A DNA stretch of 64,000 bases from a virus: the IMG/VR virus record IMGVR_UViG_3300033153_006744, positions 1 through 64,000 of that record. The stretch is one strand, 5' to 3'. Below are positions 1 to 9,013 of the stretch, piece after piece. The number at the start of each line of letters is the position of its first letter. Position 1 is the first letter of the stretch. The translations under genes and the position numbers were made by a program. The notes under the pieces are model-generated. The model worked only from the letters and a program-made list of their open reading frames with translations. It did not search any database and was not told the origin of the DNA.

Positions 1-240
1 TCTCTTAATGTTTTAGCTCTATCCTTTATGAATTTCTCTTTTTCTTCTTTTGTTAAACTATCATAATATTCAGTTAAACTGTGAGACTTAAAACTTAAAT
101 GCTTTAACGTTTTTTTCAAGTGTTTTCTTTTTATTGTTTTCACATCTCACCCCCACGGGCAACACATCAATTTTGCTCTAACCATATATTGTGTTATTTA
201 TAAAATTATAAAACGCCATCAACATGTTACCCTATATAGA

Positions 241-471
241 TTAAAATCTTCTAGCTTTTAAATATTCTTTAAATTCGTCTGTACTCAATCTAGTAATATC
301 AAATGTCGTGATTGATGTATTTCTTTTGAAATATTCTTTTGTCTCTTTGTTTTGGTAAATTCCGTATTCAGAATCAAACAACTCAACAGTTGTAATGTAA
401 TCGAAATGCTTTGGATTGTGAGCTTTATCAAAGCCTACTACGTTATATAAACCTAATGCACTAAAAATCAT
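241..471 (-). CDS. Hypothetical phage protein
   Basis: ORF with AGGAGG RBS upstream. Confidence 0.6.
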   Translation of the reverse strand: MIFSALGLYNVVGFDKAHNPKHFDYITTVELFDSEYGIYQNKETKEYFKRNTSITTFDITRLSTDEFKEYLKARRF

Positions 472-498
472 AATTACCTCCTATTATTTTTAAATTAA

Positions 499-529
499 GA
501 GTCTTTTTTGAGTCATACTCAGGACTGTT
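499..529 (-). repeat. Intergenic structured repeat, copy 1 (AACAGTCCTGAGTATGACTCAAAAAAGACTC)
   Basis: Near-copy at 7471-7500 with compensatory changes in both stems. Confidence 0.6.
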
Positions 530-531
530 TG

Positions 532-756
532 TTACATTTTACATATATCTGTAACCTTAATAATAATATCTAAATTGCCGTTAACATCATCATCTACAAT
601 GTCAAATTCCACATTATAAACACCATTATCAAAGCTTTTATTATCTATAACATAACTTTCTCCATATTCAAAGATATCTTCAAACCCAAGATTTAGTAAT
701 TCATTGCTTAATTCTTCTAGTGTCATTTCTTCGTTTATTAAATTTTTCATAATCAA
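532..756 (-). CDS. Acidic hypothetical phage protein
   Basis: First ORF after the promoter at 771-836; AAGGAG RBS. Confidence 0.65.
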   Translation of the reverse strand: MIMKNLINEEMTLEELSNELLNLGFEDIFEYGESYVIDNKSFDNGVYNVEFDIVDDDVNGNLDIIIKVTDICKM

Positions 757-770
757 TCTCCTTTATTACT

Positions 771-836
771 TTTTAGCTAAGAACCTTTTCCTTAACTCTA
801 TATATGCAATATAATCTATTTAGAGATAATTGTCAA
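771..836 (-). promoter_or_regulatory. Sigma70-type promoter with leader hairpin (copy 1)
   Basis: TTGACA (831-836), 17 bp, TATATT (808-813); hairpin AGTTAAG-GAAAAGGTT-CTTAGCT at 775-797. Confidence 0.8.
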
Positions 837-887
837 GTAAAACATCAATTAAATTTAAAATAAAATGAAACAAAGTGTAAATTGTTG

Positions 888-1100
888 TTATTGCTTGATG
901 TTTCCCGCTTCTTTTTCTTTGTATTTCAGCCATGAGTTAAACGTTTTTAACACCTCTTCATAGCCTCTTTTTTTAGCTATACTATATGGGCTTTCACCGT
1001 CTTCTTTTTTTTTACAATCTGCACCCTGTTTTAGTAGCTTCTTAATTAGGTCTGTGTTCTTGTAGAAGACTGCTTCCATTAGTTTAGAGTATTTCATCAT
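888..1100 (-). CDS. Small ankyrin-repeat protein
   Basis: LMEAVFYKNTDLIKKLLKQGAD...GESPYSIAKKRGYEEVLK matches the ankyrin consensus (about two repeats). Confidence 0.7.
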   Translation of the reverse strand: MMKYSKLMEAVFYKNTDLIKKLLKQGADCKKKEDGESPYSIAKKRGYEEVLKTFNSWLKYKEKEAGNIKQ

Positions 1101-1108
1101 TTTTTCTC

Positions 1109-1300
1109 CTAATAATTTCCAATATATTTTTTATCCAAAATCCAGTTTAATGCCTCAATCCACCCTTCAATATTCCCCAAGTCTTGGTGTTCTTCAGTTT
1201 CAATACATTCATCTTTAGCTTTTTCATATTCCTTAATTTTTGCTTGGATTTCTTTTTTGTTCTTCATGTTACTCCTCCTCAAGAGTTCTTTCCATTTCAT
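1109..1300 (-). CDS. Small phage protein with MKxKxEI...ALxWIL motif
   Basis: Likely starts at the internal MKNKKEI, which has a GGAGGAG RBS. Confidence 0.6.
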   Translation of the reverse strand: MKWKELLRRSNMKNKKEIQAKIKEYEKAKDECIETEEHQDLGNIEGWIEALNWILDKKYIGNY

Positions 1301-1306
1301 TATTTA

Positions 1307-2209
1307 TCACACTAATACCCTTTCAAGCACATCACAAATTATTTTCCATTTTTTTACTTTGTGTTTTCTTCTTTGTTCTAAAATATCTTCTATAACCTGC
1401 CCATTAATATACCAAAATCTTTTTTGAATAAAGCCAGACGGTAAATTATTAAATAAAATATCTTCAGTGTTTGCTCTCTCTTTTCGGTTTTCTTGGGCAG
1501 CGTGGCAATCAATTAATTCATTTATATAACTTAATGATGGATTAAATATTTTAGCTCCAAAATCCTTATCCTTAAGCTTACTTGAGGTTAGCGTGTACAT
1601 AGTGCTACTAGACAAGCTAACTGTATCTAATTTATATGTATCAACATGTTTAAAAACATATAATGGAGCTTCAATCTCAAAGAAATACCAAAACATTTGG
1701 TTATCATATTCTTCTTCTTTCTTAAACGCCCTATCCATATATTCACTGCCACATTTTCCATTAAAAGTTGTATCTTTAAAGCGATAACTTTCTCGTGAAG
1801 ACCTTACTGCATCAGCTAAGAATTTAGGAGTAAAAACATGAATCAAGGAGCCTGAGAAAAAAGCATTAAACAATCCTTCAAAATTATTCGACTCTGTATT
1901 CTCGCTCATCACATAAGCTGTTTCACCGCTATACTGTATTAAATATCTTCCTTCTGCAAGCCCGCTTCTGCTTTGATGTTTACTTAATGGTTTATATTTA
2001 ATCTTTTCCCTTAGTTTTCTGTCCATAAGTAATCTTTGCAATTCATCTAAACTAACTTCTTCAAATATTCTAATTAATCTAAGAAACTTTCTATGTGATG
2101 GACCAGTCTTTATTAGTGAATTTAAAAGTGTTACGTCTTTTTGTCCTCTCTTAAAAGAATTAAAGCATAATGAATTCCTGTCAAATTTATCAAGTAATTT
2201 AATCCGCAT
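1307..2209 (-). CDS. Divergent ThyX/Thy1-like phage protein with an internal insertion
   Basis: GPSHRKFLR, EAPLYVFKHVDTYK, SSSTMY, LPSGFIQKR and QRRKHKVKKW motifs resemble the phage Thy1-like family. Confidence 0.55.
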   Translation of the reverse strand: MRIKLLDKFDRNSLCFNSFKRGQKDVTLLNSLIKTGPSHRKFLRLIRIFEEVSLDELQRLLMDRKLREKIKYKPLSKHQSRSGLAEGRYLIQYSGETAYVMSENTESNNFEGLFNAFFSGSLIHVFTPKFLADAVRSSRESYRFKDTTFNGKCGSEYMDRAFKKEEEYDNQMFWYFFEIEAPLYVFKHVDTYKLDTVSLSSSTMYTLTSSKLKDKDFGAKIFNPSLSYINELIDCHAAQENRKERANTEDILFNNLPSGFIQKRFWYINGQVIEDILEQRRKHKVKKWKIICDVLERVLV

Positions 2210-2555
2210 TTATATCTCCTTTTTCTTCATGAACCTTTACTAATTTTTTTATCTCATTTATAAACTTAATTAAGTCATCTTTGGTCATGTCGTCAACTCC
2301 AAATGAATGGTAAACACGTTGAACATGAGGCGGATTCACGCTGTGTTTATTGTCTATTTCTTCAAATCGCTTATTAACTACAACCTCTACAGTTTTAATG
2401 ATTTCTCTAATGACATTAACATCTGAATACTCTGCTCTGTTTTCTAATATAAACTTAAACTCTTCATATAAAACCCCTTCCCTCTCTGCTAAATAGATAT
2501 CTCTTGAAATTCTCATTTCCTTAGCAATGTGCTTGCTTGTATTATAATTATCCAC
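2199..2555 (-). CDS. Hypothetical phage protein
   Basis: Tightly packed ORF. Confidence 0.55.
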   Translation of the reverse strand: MDNYNTSKHIAKEMRISRDIYLAEREGVLYEEFKFILENRAEYSDVNVIREIIKTVEVVVNKRFEEIDNKHSVNPPHVQRVYHSFGVDDMTKDDLIKFINEIKKLVKVHEEKGDINAD

Positions 2556-2557
2556 AT

Positions 2558-3214
2558 CTAAACTCCTATATTATTGTTTTTAAAATATTTACCTAACTTT
2601 CTTAATGCCTTGTTCTCTATTTTCCTTATCATTTCAACAGATAGCGTCTTTTTCTCATAACCTTCTTCATATAATTTTATTGCAACTTCTTTTAATGTAG
2701 CTGCTTTTGTTTTTAAATTAGACTTAGCTTGGTAATAGTTTTTATTCTGGTAATATTCGCGATTTCGTGCCTTACTTTTCACACAAGCAACCATTATTTT
2801 CTTAATGCCAATCTTTTCGGCTATTTCAGAATTACTCAAGCCATTTTTTGCCATCTCAATTATTGTGTTCTTTCTGTCCTCTATTGCTTTAGATTTCTGT
2901 TTTCTTGGAAATGAAAAGCCTTCTTTTTTTAAGAAATTCATAACAGTAACTGTAGTCAGTTGCACCGCCTTTGCTATATCTTTTGTTGCAGCATTATTTT
3001 TCTTCATCTCAATCATAATTTTCTTGTGTTTTTCTGTCATTTTTAGATTTACACAACTACCCTGTGTTCTTATTATTCCCATCCTTATCAAATATTTGCT
3101 TATTGTAGATTTGTGCAATTTCATTTCTTTCGCTATTTCTGGATTAGTAGAACCTTTTTTATGCATATCTAAAATTTTATCTAATGTTTCTTTGCTTGCT
3201 AATGTCCCCTTCAT
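2558..3214 (-). CDS. Multi-HTH DNA-binding protein with sigma70 region 4-like C-terminus
   Basis: Repeated HTH units (STNPEIAKEMKLHKSTISKYL, ATKDIAKAVQLTTVTVMNFL, SNSEIAEKIGIKKIMV); C-terminal LSVEMIRKIENKALRKL. Confidence 0.7.
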   Translation of the reverse strand: MKGTLASKETLDKILDMHKKGSTNPEIAKEMKLHKSTISKYLIRMGIIRTQGSCVNLKMTEKHKKIMIEMKKNNAATKDIAKAVQLTTVTVMNFLKKEGFSFPRKQKSKAIEDRKNTIIEMAKNGLSNSEIAEKIGIKKIMVACVKSKARNREYYQNKNYYQAKSNLKTKAATLKEVAIKLYEEGYEKKTLSVEMIRKIENKALRKLGKYFKNNNIGV

Positions 3215-3224
3215 TTATGCCTCC

Positions 3225-3467
3225 TTACACGAAATTCCCTAAACCCTTACATTCAACATCAACATCAAGCATTAAATTAGGATTAAAGAGCCTTTTATCT
3301 ATGTCTGCTTTAGTAGAACAAGCACCTAAATCACATTCAAAATCTACATAATAAACTCTTTCTCCTACATCTAAAAACAATCTAGAATCTATCATCATTG
3401 TTAATTTTAATACATTAATGTCCAGCGATAGCTCTTTTCTTTTGTCTTCAGTTCTAAATCTAATCAT
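3225..3467 (-). CDS. Hypothetical phage protein
   Basis: ORF with AGGAG RBS. Confidence 0.55.
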   Translation of the reverse strand: MIRFRTEDKRKELSLDINVLKLTMMIDSRLFLDVGERVYYVDFECDLGACSTKADIDKRLFNPNLMLDVDVECKGLGNFV

Positions 3468-3468
3468 A

Positions 3469-4011
3469 TTAATCTCCTAAATTAAATTTTTTCTTAACTC
3501 TTTTTTTAGCTTCCATAATTTGCATCTCTCTTTTTTGCTCATTAATATAATAAACACCAATATTAATTGCATCAGCTTCATTGTCTGTTATTTTATCTAA
3601 ATTGAATACTGATTTAGCTTTTGCAACACTCCATTTTTTAGACGTTCCTTTTTTGAATTTCCCAAGAACTCTACCTTGCCAAGTTGAAGGCTGAACAACT
3701 ATAACTTCAATTCCCTGTAAATAACATATAGCTTGTATAAGTGATCTATATTCTATTAATTGTTGCATGGAGTTGACATTCTTATCCAGGTACTGTCCCT
3801 CCACTATCACCAGATCTGGATTTTCTTCTTTTATTAAGTTAAAAAGTCTTCTTGCATATTTGGTCATAGATTCTTTTTTTTGTCTACTTATCTCAGAAAA
3901 CTTAACAAGCTTTCTATTGTTAAAAATAGCATATGCAGGCTTTGACTTGTGAGAAAAGCCAGAGGGATCAAATGTTATAATTTTCTTGTAGCTTACGTTA
4001 ACTGGTTTCAT
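3469..4011 (-). CDS. ruvC: RuvC-like Holliday junction resolvase
   Basis: Catalytic pattern IITFDPS...VIVEGQY...QPSTWQ...DNEADAINIG. Confidence 0.85.
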   Translation of the reverse strand: MKPVNVSYKKIITFDPSGFSHKSKPAYAIFNNRKLVKFSEISRQKKESMTKYARRLFNLIKEENPDLVIVEGQYLDKNVNSMQQLIEYRSLIQAICYLQGIEVIVVQPSTWQGRVLGKFKKGTSKKWSVAKAKSVFNLDKITDNEADAINIGVYYINEQKREMQIMEAKKRVKKKFNLGD

Positions 4012-4806
4012 TTAAAATCCCTTAAAATTCATTGTTGTTTGCCTAGCACAGGTGTAACCATGTTTTAACAATAATTTATGAACATAAGCTAATCCCTTTA
4101 TTGTCATTTGTGTTTTTCTACCCACCCTGCTGCCAGTAGCTGTCCTTGCTGGTTTGATTTCGACCTCAAAATATCCAGCATTAACATATTTTTGATATGG
4201 ATCTCTATTTTTCATTAAAATATCTTTATCTTTTAAAAACTCAAATAATTTATTTTGACCAACATTTTTCCCAACTTTATCTTTAAACATTAAAGATTTA
4301 GAAGCAGTTCCTATAGTTAATAAGCCAATTGATCCAAGTAAATCTTTATAGAAAAGTTCGTATTTTCGTAGTTCACTTATCTTTTGTTCTTGCTTTGTGT
4401 TTTGAAGCAAGAGTATTTCTTTTTCTTCTTCTTTTGCAACCAAAGCTAAAAGAGCTTCTTTGTAGTTTTTTGGTAATTGCAGTTGTCTTGTTTGTAATTG
4501 TTTTTGCATTTCAAAGAAAGCATTTGTTAACTCTAATTTAAACTGAGAAACCTTTGCTGTGTTGTTTGACAAATTAATGACAAACATTGCTTGTTGTTCA
4601 CTTAATACATAGTGCTTTACGGGACGACCTACTTTTTGCACTTCTGTGTAAAAGTCTAATTTTGCTATAGATTTAACTTTATCTCTGTGTTTTTCAATAG
4701 TCTCTTTTATTGTTCGATGTTCAATCCCAATCCCATCAGCTAAAACCTTACTTGTTGTTAATAATTCGCCACTTGTGTTTTTTGTAACTAAATTTTTAAT
4801 AGACAT
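4012..4806 (-). CDS. Phage antirepressor (Rha-like N-terminus, KilAC/ANT C-terminus)
   Basis: TTSKVLA...LSEQQAMF...FKLELTNAFFEM (Rha-like); LPKNYKEALLAL linker; GQNKLFEFL...PYQKYVNAGYFEV...TIKGLAY (KilAC). Confidence 0.85.
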   Translation of the reverse strand: MSIKNLVTKNTSGELLTTSKVLADGIGIEHRTIKETIEKHRDKVKSIAKLDFYTEVQKVGRPVKHYVLSEQQAMFVINLSNNTAKVSQFKLELTNAFFEMQKQLQTRQLQLPKNYKEALLALVAKEEEKEILLLQNTKQEQKISELRKYELFYKDLLGSIGLLTIGTASKSLMFKDKVGKNVGQNKLFEFLKDKDILMKNRDPYQKYVNAGYFEVEIKPARTATGSRVGRKTQMTIKGLAYVHKLLLKHGYTCARQTTMNFKGF

Positions 4807-4906
4807 AGCTCTCTTTCTCCTCGGTTTGAATAAATAAATACTCTCACCGCCCTAGCTAGGAGAAGGAGAGCTAAATAACTATACAGCATTTTTCATTAAT
4901 TGTCAA
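4806..4906 (-). promoter_or_regulatory. Antirepressor promoter and RBS-sequestering leader
   Basis: TTGACA (4901-4906), 17 bp, TATAGT (4878-4883); 15/16 inverted repeat between 4858-4873 and 4806-4821 covering the SD. Confidence 0.65.
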
Positions 4907-5199
4907 GTTAATTCAGAATCAAAGAAATCTATTGCCCTTAAGTTTAAGATTATATTTCTTATTGTCATGCTTCGACAACCGGCATCCATATGTTCGCAGT
5001 ATTTTTTCCTCATCCAGTCATGAGTTAATGGGTTCCCCCCACAAGATGTCTTTATGTGTAAATAATATCTATTCTGCGTTAACTCAACCTTAAGGCTGCC
5101 TAGTTGCTCTTTAACTGTTTCTGAATCAATATCTTCATTACAATGCTTATTTAAAAGCTCATGTAAAAATAATTTTAGCTTACTCTCCTTTTCGTTCAT
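4903..5199 (-). CDS. Hypothetical phage protein
   Basis: ORF with AAGGGG RBS. Confidence 0.55.
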   Translation of the reverse strand: MNEKESKLKLFLHELLNKHCNEDIDSETVKEQLGSLKVELTQNRYYLHIKTSCGGNPLTHDWMRKKYCEHMDAGCRSMTIRNIILNLRAIDFFDSELT

Positions 5200-5221
5200 T
5201 GTGCATCCCCTTAAATAATTT

Positions 5222-5935
5222 CTAATTCTCTTCTTTCAATAACGCCAATAACACCCTAATTAATCTTTGCCTTATCCCCACTGTTTCCTCAAAGTCATCA
5301 CTTATATTATGCTTATATCCAAAATATCCCAACAACATAACAAAAGCTCTGTTGCTCTCATAATTAAAGACGCCATCTTCCTTTATGTCGTCGAACAACA
5401 TTAATTTAAATCTTCTTTCAGCCATGTTTGCCATTTCTTGTATTTCTTTGTTACTAAAATCATAAATATCATCATAAAAATATTCTAAAGTGTTTCTTGT
5501 ATCATGATATGAGTGGTGATTCACAAATTGCGTTTCATTAATGTACGTAAAGCAATGGTCTTGGTAATATTCGTCATCCCTAACTGAATAATGGAAGTTA
5601 AATCTTGACATTATTGTTCTTAATTGAGCTATTTTTGGCTCATACTTGCCCTTTAATCCTAATGATTTAAATGTTTGCTTTAAATCTAGCTCAACGCCTA
5701 ATCCGAAATCTATTGCAGAGTTACCAATTTTTTCAATCCCAGTTTTCTGATATTTCTCTTTATATTTCTTGTCGAAAAATCTCGTAGTTAAGGTTAATAT
5801 TATTTTGTGATTCTCTAACAAGCTTCTTAAGGCCAATAACGCATATTTATTTAAAACAATGCCATCCTGCTTAGATAAGCTCTTAAAAATAACTTTATTG
5901 TTATCTTTGTCTATTATAAAATTTTTATCTTTCAT
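5222..5935 (-). CDS. Hypothetical phage protein
   Basis: 237 aa ORF with GGAGG RBS, overlapping the upstream stop. Confidence 0.65.
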   Translation of the reverse strand: MKDKNFIIDKDNNKVIFKSLSKQDGIVLNKYALLALRSLLENHKIILTLTTRFFDKKYKEKYQKTGIEKIGNSAIDFGLGVELDLKQTFKSLGLKGKYEPKIAQLRTIMSRFNFHYSVRDDEYYQDHCFTYINETQFVNHHSYHDTRNTLEYFYDDIYDFSNKEIQEMANMAERRFKLMLFDDIKEDGVFNYESNRAFVMLLGYFGYKHNISDDFEETVGIRQRLIRVLLALLKEEN

Positions 5936-6315
5936 TTTACCTCCAATATTTCAATAAAATCTACTTCTTCACTATAATAACCATTTGATTCGCCGAGCCA
6001 CCTTATCGTAACATAACCCTTACTTGTAGCTAATTTATAAAAAGTCCATGTTTCTGAGCCGCAATCATTATCACTCTCTTTTGTCTCTACCTCTGCTTGC
6101 GTTATTGGAGACCCGGTCAAGTTTTCTAAATCACCACAAATGTCCTCTATTTCCACGTTTTCGCAACACTCTTGCTCATGATACATTTTAAATGTTTTAC
6201 CACACTCTGTTATAAAAACAAGATGTTCTTTGTTCTTTGTTTCATCTATTTTTTTTATTGTTTTGCCCCTTAACTCTTCTATTTTTGCGGTTCTATGTTT
6301 CAAATACCAGCTCAT
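5932..6315 (-). CDS. Conserved phage protein of unknown function
   Basis: MYHEQECCENVEIEDICGDL...TWTFYKLATSKGYVTIRWLGESNGYYSE resembles a widespread phage family. Confidence 0.7.
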   Translation of the reverse strand: MSWYLKHRTAKIEELRGKTIKKIDETKNKEHLVFITECGKTFKMYHEQECCENVEIEDICGDLENLTGSPITQAEVETKESDNDCGSETWTFYKLATSKGYVTIRWLGESNGYYSEEVDFIEILEVK

Positions 6316-7139
6316 GTTGTCTCCTTACTCTTTTTTAATCCTTTTAAAAATCTGTAGAAATATTTATTCTTTCCTTTACCATCTTTTCCACCTAAAAACT
6401 TGTAACTCCAATACATTATTTTATCAACATGTTTATTTGCTTCTTCATATTGAATCTTCATGGATTCACTAGCTTTCAAGCCCTCATAATTAGTCTGAGA
6501 ATAGCCAGCTAAACCCATGTAAATATCTTCATCTGGAAATGTCTCAAATGCTGCATTAAAACATATTTTCTGAAAAGTTCCAGGGTACAGGTCACCATCA
6601 GGATTATTATATAATTTATGTTTCTCGTGTCCTTTTGGAAAGCTTATTGAATAACTTTGTATAACATAAGAGTCTATAAAGTCAGCTACATCTTCATTTA
6701 TTCTAGCTAAAAAACTAGTACCAAGATATCTTATATTGTCTTTGTTTGGCAGCATTCTGTGAAAATGTTCTGCAGCTTCCTCTAGTGTGTTAAACTCATT
6801 ATATTTAGAGCTAAAATTCTTTTCTGTATCAAATTCAAAATTAAATATTCCAGTCTTCTCGTTAATTTCTTTAATGCATTTAACAATCTTTTTCATGTTT
6901 TTTTTCTTTGGATAAAACCACAATGTAATTCCTGTTACAATGCCATTCTTTTTGAACTCATCAGCTACTTCTTTAATGCCATCAACACTCCACTCTATAT
7001 CTGTATGATCTACAGAATTAATCATTAAATAAACCTCATCAACTCCGCATTCATTAAGCATTTTAACGTGATTTTTCAAATACTTTCTAGTATTATTTTC
7101 CCCAATATCGAGCCATATCCCAATAGTTTTTTTACTCAT
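6312..7139 (-). CDS. Putative glycoside hydrolase-like TIM-barrel protein
   Basis: Alternating beta/alpha pattern, IGIW start, FEFDTE acidic motif, late YWSY; start moved to MSKKT, which has an AAGGAG RBS. Confidence 0.4.
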   Translation of the reverse strand: MSKKTIGIWLDIGENNTRKYLKNHVKMLNECGVDEVYLMINSVDHTDIEWSVDGIKEVADEFKKNGIVTGITLWFYPKKKNMKKIVKCIKEINEKTGIFNFEFDTEKNFSSKYNEFNTLEEAAEHFHRMLPNKDNIRYLGTSFLARINEDVADFIDSYVIQSYSISFPKGHEKHKLYNNPDGDLYPGTFQKICFNAAFETFPDEDIYMGLAGYSQTNYEGLKASESMKIQYEEANKHVDKIMYWSYKFLGGKDGKGKNKYFYRFLKGLKKSKETT

Positions 7140-7470
7140 GTTTGCTCCTTTGTTGCATTTACACATAATTCATCTAAAATTTCTTTAACATCTTTTTCAA
7201 TAAGATATCTTGCAGTATTTTTAGCAAAGCCGCTTTTAATGTTATTTTTAAAAATCTGAGCTACATTTCTTTTAAGTTTTTTATATTCATTCATTGTTTA
7301 CTCCTATAAGCTAAAGAATATAAAAATAGTAACAAATATTATCCATAACCCGAACAGTCCAAGTAAGATCTTACTCGCAAACTCGACCCAACTATAAAGA
7401 ACTGTTTTTTCTTCTTTTTTTTCAAGTCTTTTAAGTGTCATGATACCTCCTTGTTATTTCACGTAACAAC

Positions 7471-7500
7471 GAGCCTTTTTAAGTCATGCTTAAGGCTGTT
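7471..7500 (-). repeat. Intergenic structured repeat, copy 2 (AACAGCCTTAAGCATGACTTAAAAAGGCTC)
   Basis: Matches 499-529 with compensatory changes. Confidence 0.6.
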
Positions 7501-7579
7501 AATTAGTATAGCTCAATTGCCATACTAACAATTTTTTCATAGTCGGGCATTAATTCTAATTTTCTAAGAGCTCTTCTAA

Positions 7580-8032
7580 TTATTTTAGATTTAAAAAGCT
7601 CTTGTCCCAGCTCTTGTTTATTTTTTTTGCATCCGCTGGAGTTTTTATTTTCTCCTTAACAGACTCTAAAAATAAACGAGCTTGTTTTTTTTCGTAATCC
7701 TCTCTCCATTGTCCAAATCCCATACTTTCAAATTCGGACTTAAAAATTCTATTGCTATCTCTTTTAGAGATAATAATATATTTTATAGAGTTTTTAAGAT
7801 CTTCTAAAGAAGAAAAGAACAGGCGGTCTTCATCCCACTCTGTTTGGGAACGAGAATCGGAGTCCCATTCCGTGTAACTAGAGGTTTTTTCTTGCCCTTC
7901 TAGCACTATACAGATGTTTCTCCAAAACAACTTAGTAGAGTAGTCTGTGCTTGCGCACACAGGTTCTCCAGGATTGAATTGTCCTTCAAACAATCCAAGT
8001 CCTAACTCATTTGCTTTATGGAAAAACAACAT
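7580..8032 (-). CDS. Hypothetical protein, possibly frameshifted at an A8 run
   Basis: First gene after the promoter at 8051-8116; the -1 frame stays open from the A run (7621-7628) to about 7503. Confidence 0.55.
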   Translation of the reverse strand: MLFFHKANELGLGLFEGQFNPGEPVCASTDYSTKLFWRNICIVLEGQEKTSSYTEWDSDSRSQTEWDEDRLFFSSLEDLKNSIKYIIISKRDSNRIFKSEFESMGFGQWREDYEKKQARLFLESVKEKIKTPADAKKINKSWDKSFLNLK

Positions 8033-8050
8033 TTAATCTCCTTAATTAAT

Positions 8051-8116
8051 TTTTAGCTAAGAACCTTTTCCTTAACCCTATATATACAATATAATCTATT
8101 TTGAGGCGAATGTCAA
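8051..8116 (-). promoter_or_regulatory. Sigma70-type promoter with leader hairpin (copy 2)
   Basis: TTGACA (8111-8116), 17 bp, TATATT; nearly identical to 771-836. Confidence 0.8.
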
Positions 8117-8212
8117 GTAAAATGTGAAATAAATTTAAGAAAAGTGCAGATTACGCTATAAGTGACTGAAATCTATCGTGAATTATTTTGAGAATTTTTC
8201 ACTTAATTCTCC

Positions 8213-9013
8213 TTATTTTATATCATAAAGTTGTCTTGCATATTTGCAGTTTAATCTTTGCAGGCACCCTAGGCACATGGGCTTATTGCCATATTCATCT
8301 TTTTTGCCTAATCCAGTAGGTTCATAGTTTCCCACCATAATTAACGTAGAAACCTGAATGGCAACTTGATGTACTATTTTTTGATATTGCTTCAACTCTG
8401 AGTCTGACATAAAAAGCTCATAGGCTTGCGGTTTTTTTGTCTTTATAAAAACATGTATTCCCATTCGCATATTTTTTAAAAACATAGAGTATAGAGCTAA
8501 TTGTTTCTTATAGGGAAAACTAATTGAACTCATTTTATTCTTGCTAGATTTAAAGTCAGGGGATATTAGCTCTCCTGTTTCTTTGTTTTTTAAAATAGAA
8601 TCTGCGTGTCCCGAAATACGAAAAAGCACATCTTCTAAATTTAGTTTAATTTCTATTTGCTTGTGAACTAACTCATAATTTTTGCCTATATTTTCAATGT
8701 AAAATTCAATAGAGCTTGTTGCAATCTCAATATTGCTTGACATGTTTTTCTCTATGTCTTTTTTTTCTTCATCAACTAGGTAATCAAAATCTTTTTCAAG
8801 TTCAAACCCTATATCCTTCTTGAAGTCAAAATCACTGGTTTCATAATAACTAATAACGCTTTCCTCATACGCTTTTCCAAGAACAAAGTTTTTTGTACTT
8901 AATCCCTCTCTCTCTTCTATTTCGTATAAATTAAATGCATAAGGGCAGTTTAAATACATGTTAATAGTGCTGTTTCTAAGCTTCTCAACCTTAATCATTT
9001 TTTTGCCCTTCAT
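8213..9013 (-). CDS. PD-(D/E)XK (RecB/Cas4-like) exonuclease
   Basis: YLNCP, ISGHADSI, PDFKSS, KQLALYS and C-terminal CLGCLQRLNC; adjacent to ERF. Confidence 0.8.
   Translation of the reverse strand: MKGKKMIKVEKLRNSTINMYLNCPYAFNLYEIEEREGLSTKNFVLGKAYEESVISYYETSDFDFKKDIGFELEKDFDYLVDEEKKDIEKNMSSNIEIATSSIEFYIENIGKNYELVHKQIEIKLNLEDVLFRISGHADSILKNKETGELISPDFKSSKNKMSSISFPYKKQLALYSMFLKNMRMGIHVFIKTKKPQAYELFMSDSELKQYQKIVHQVAIQVSTLIMVGNYEPTGLGKKDEYGNKPMCLGCLQRLNCKYARQLYDIK

Noticed and set aside
8213-9013. Cas4 belonging to the CRISPR-like locus
   Set aside because: About 40 kb away and coupled to ERF; a typical phage recombination exonuclease
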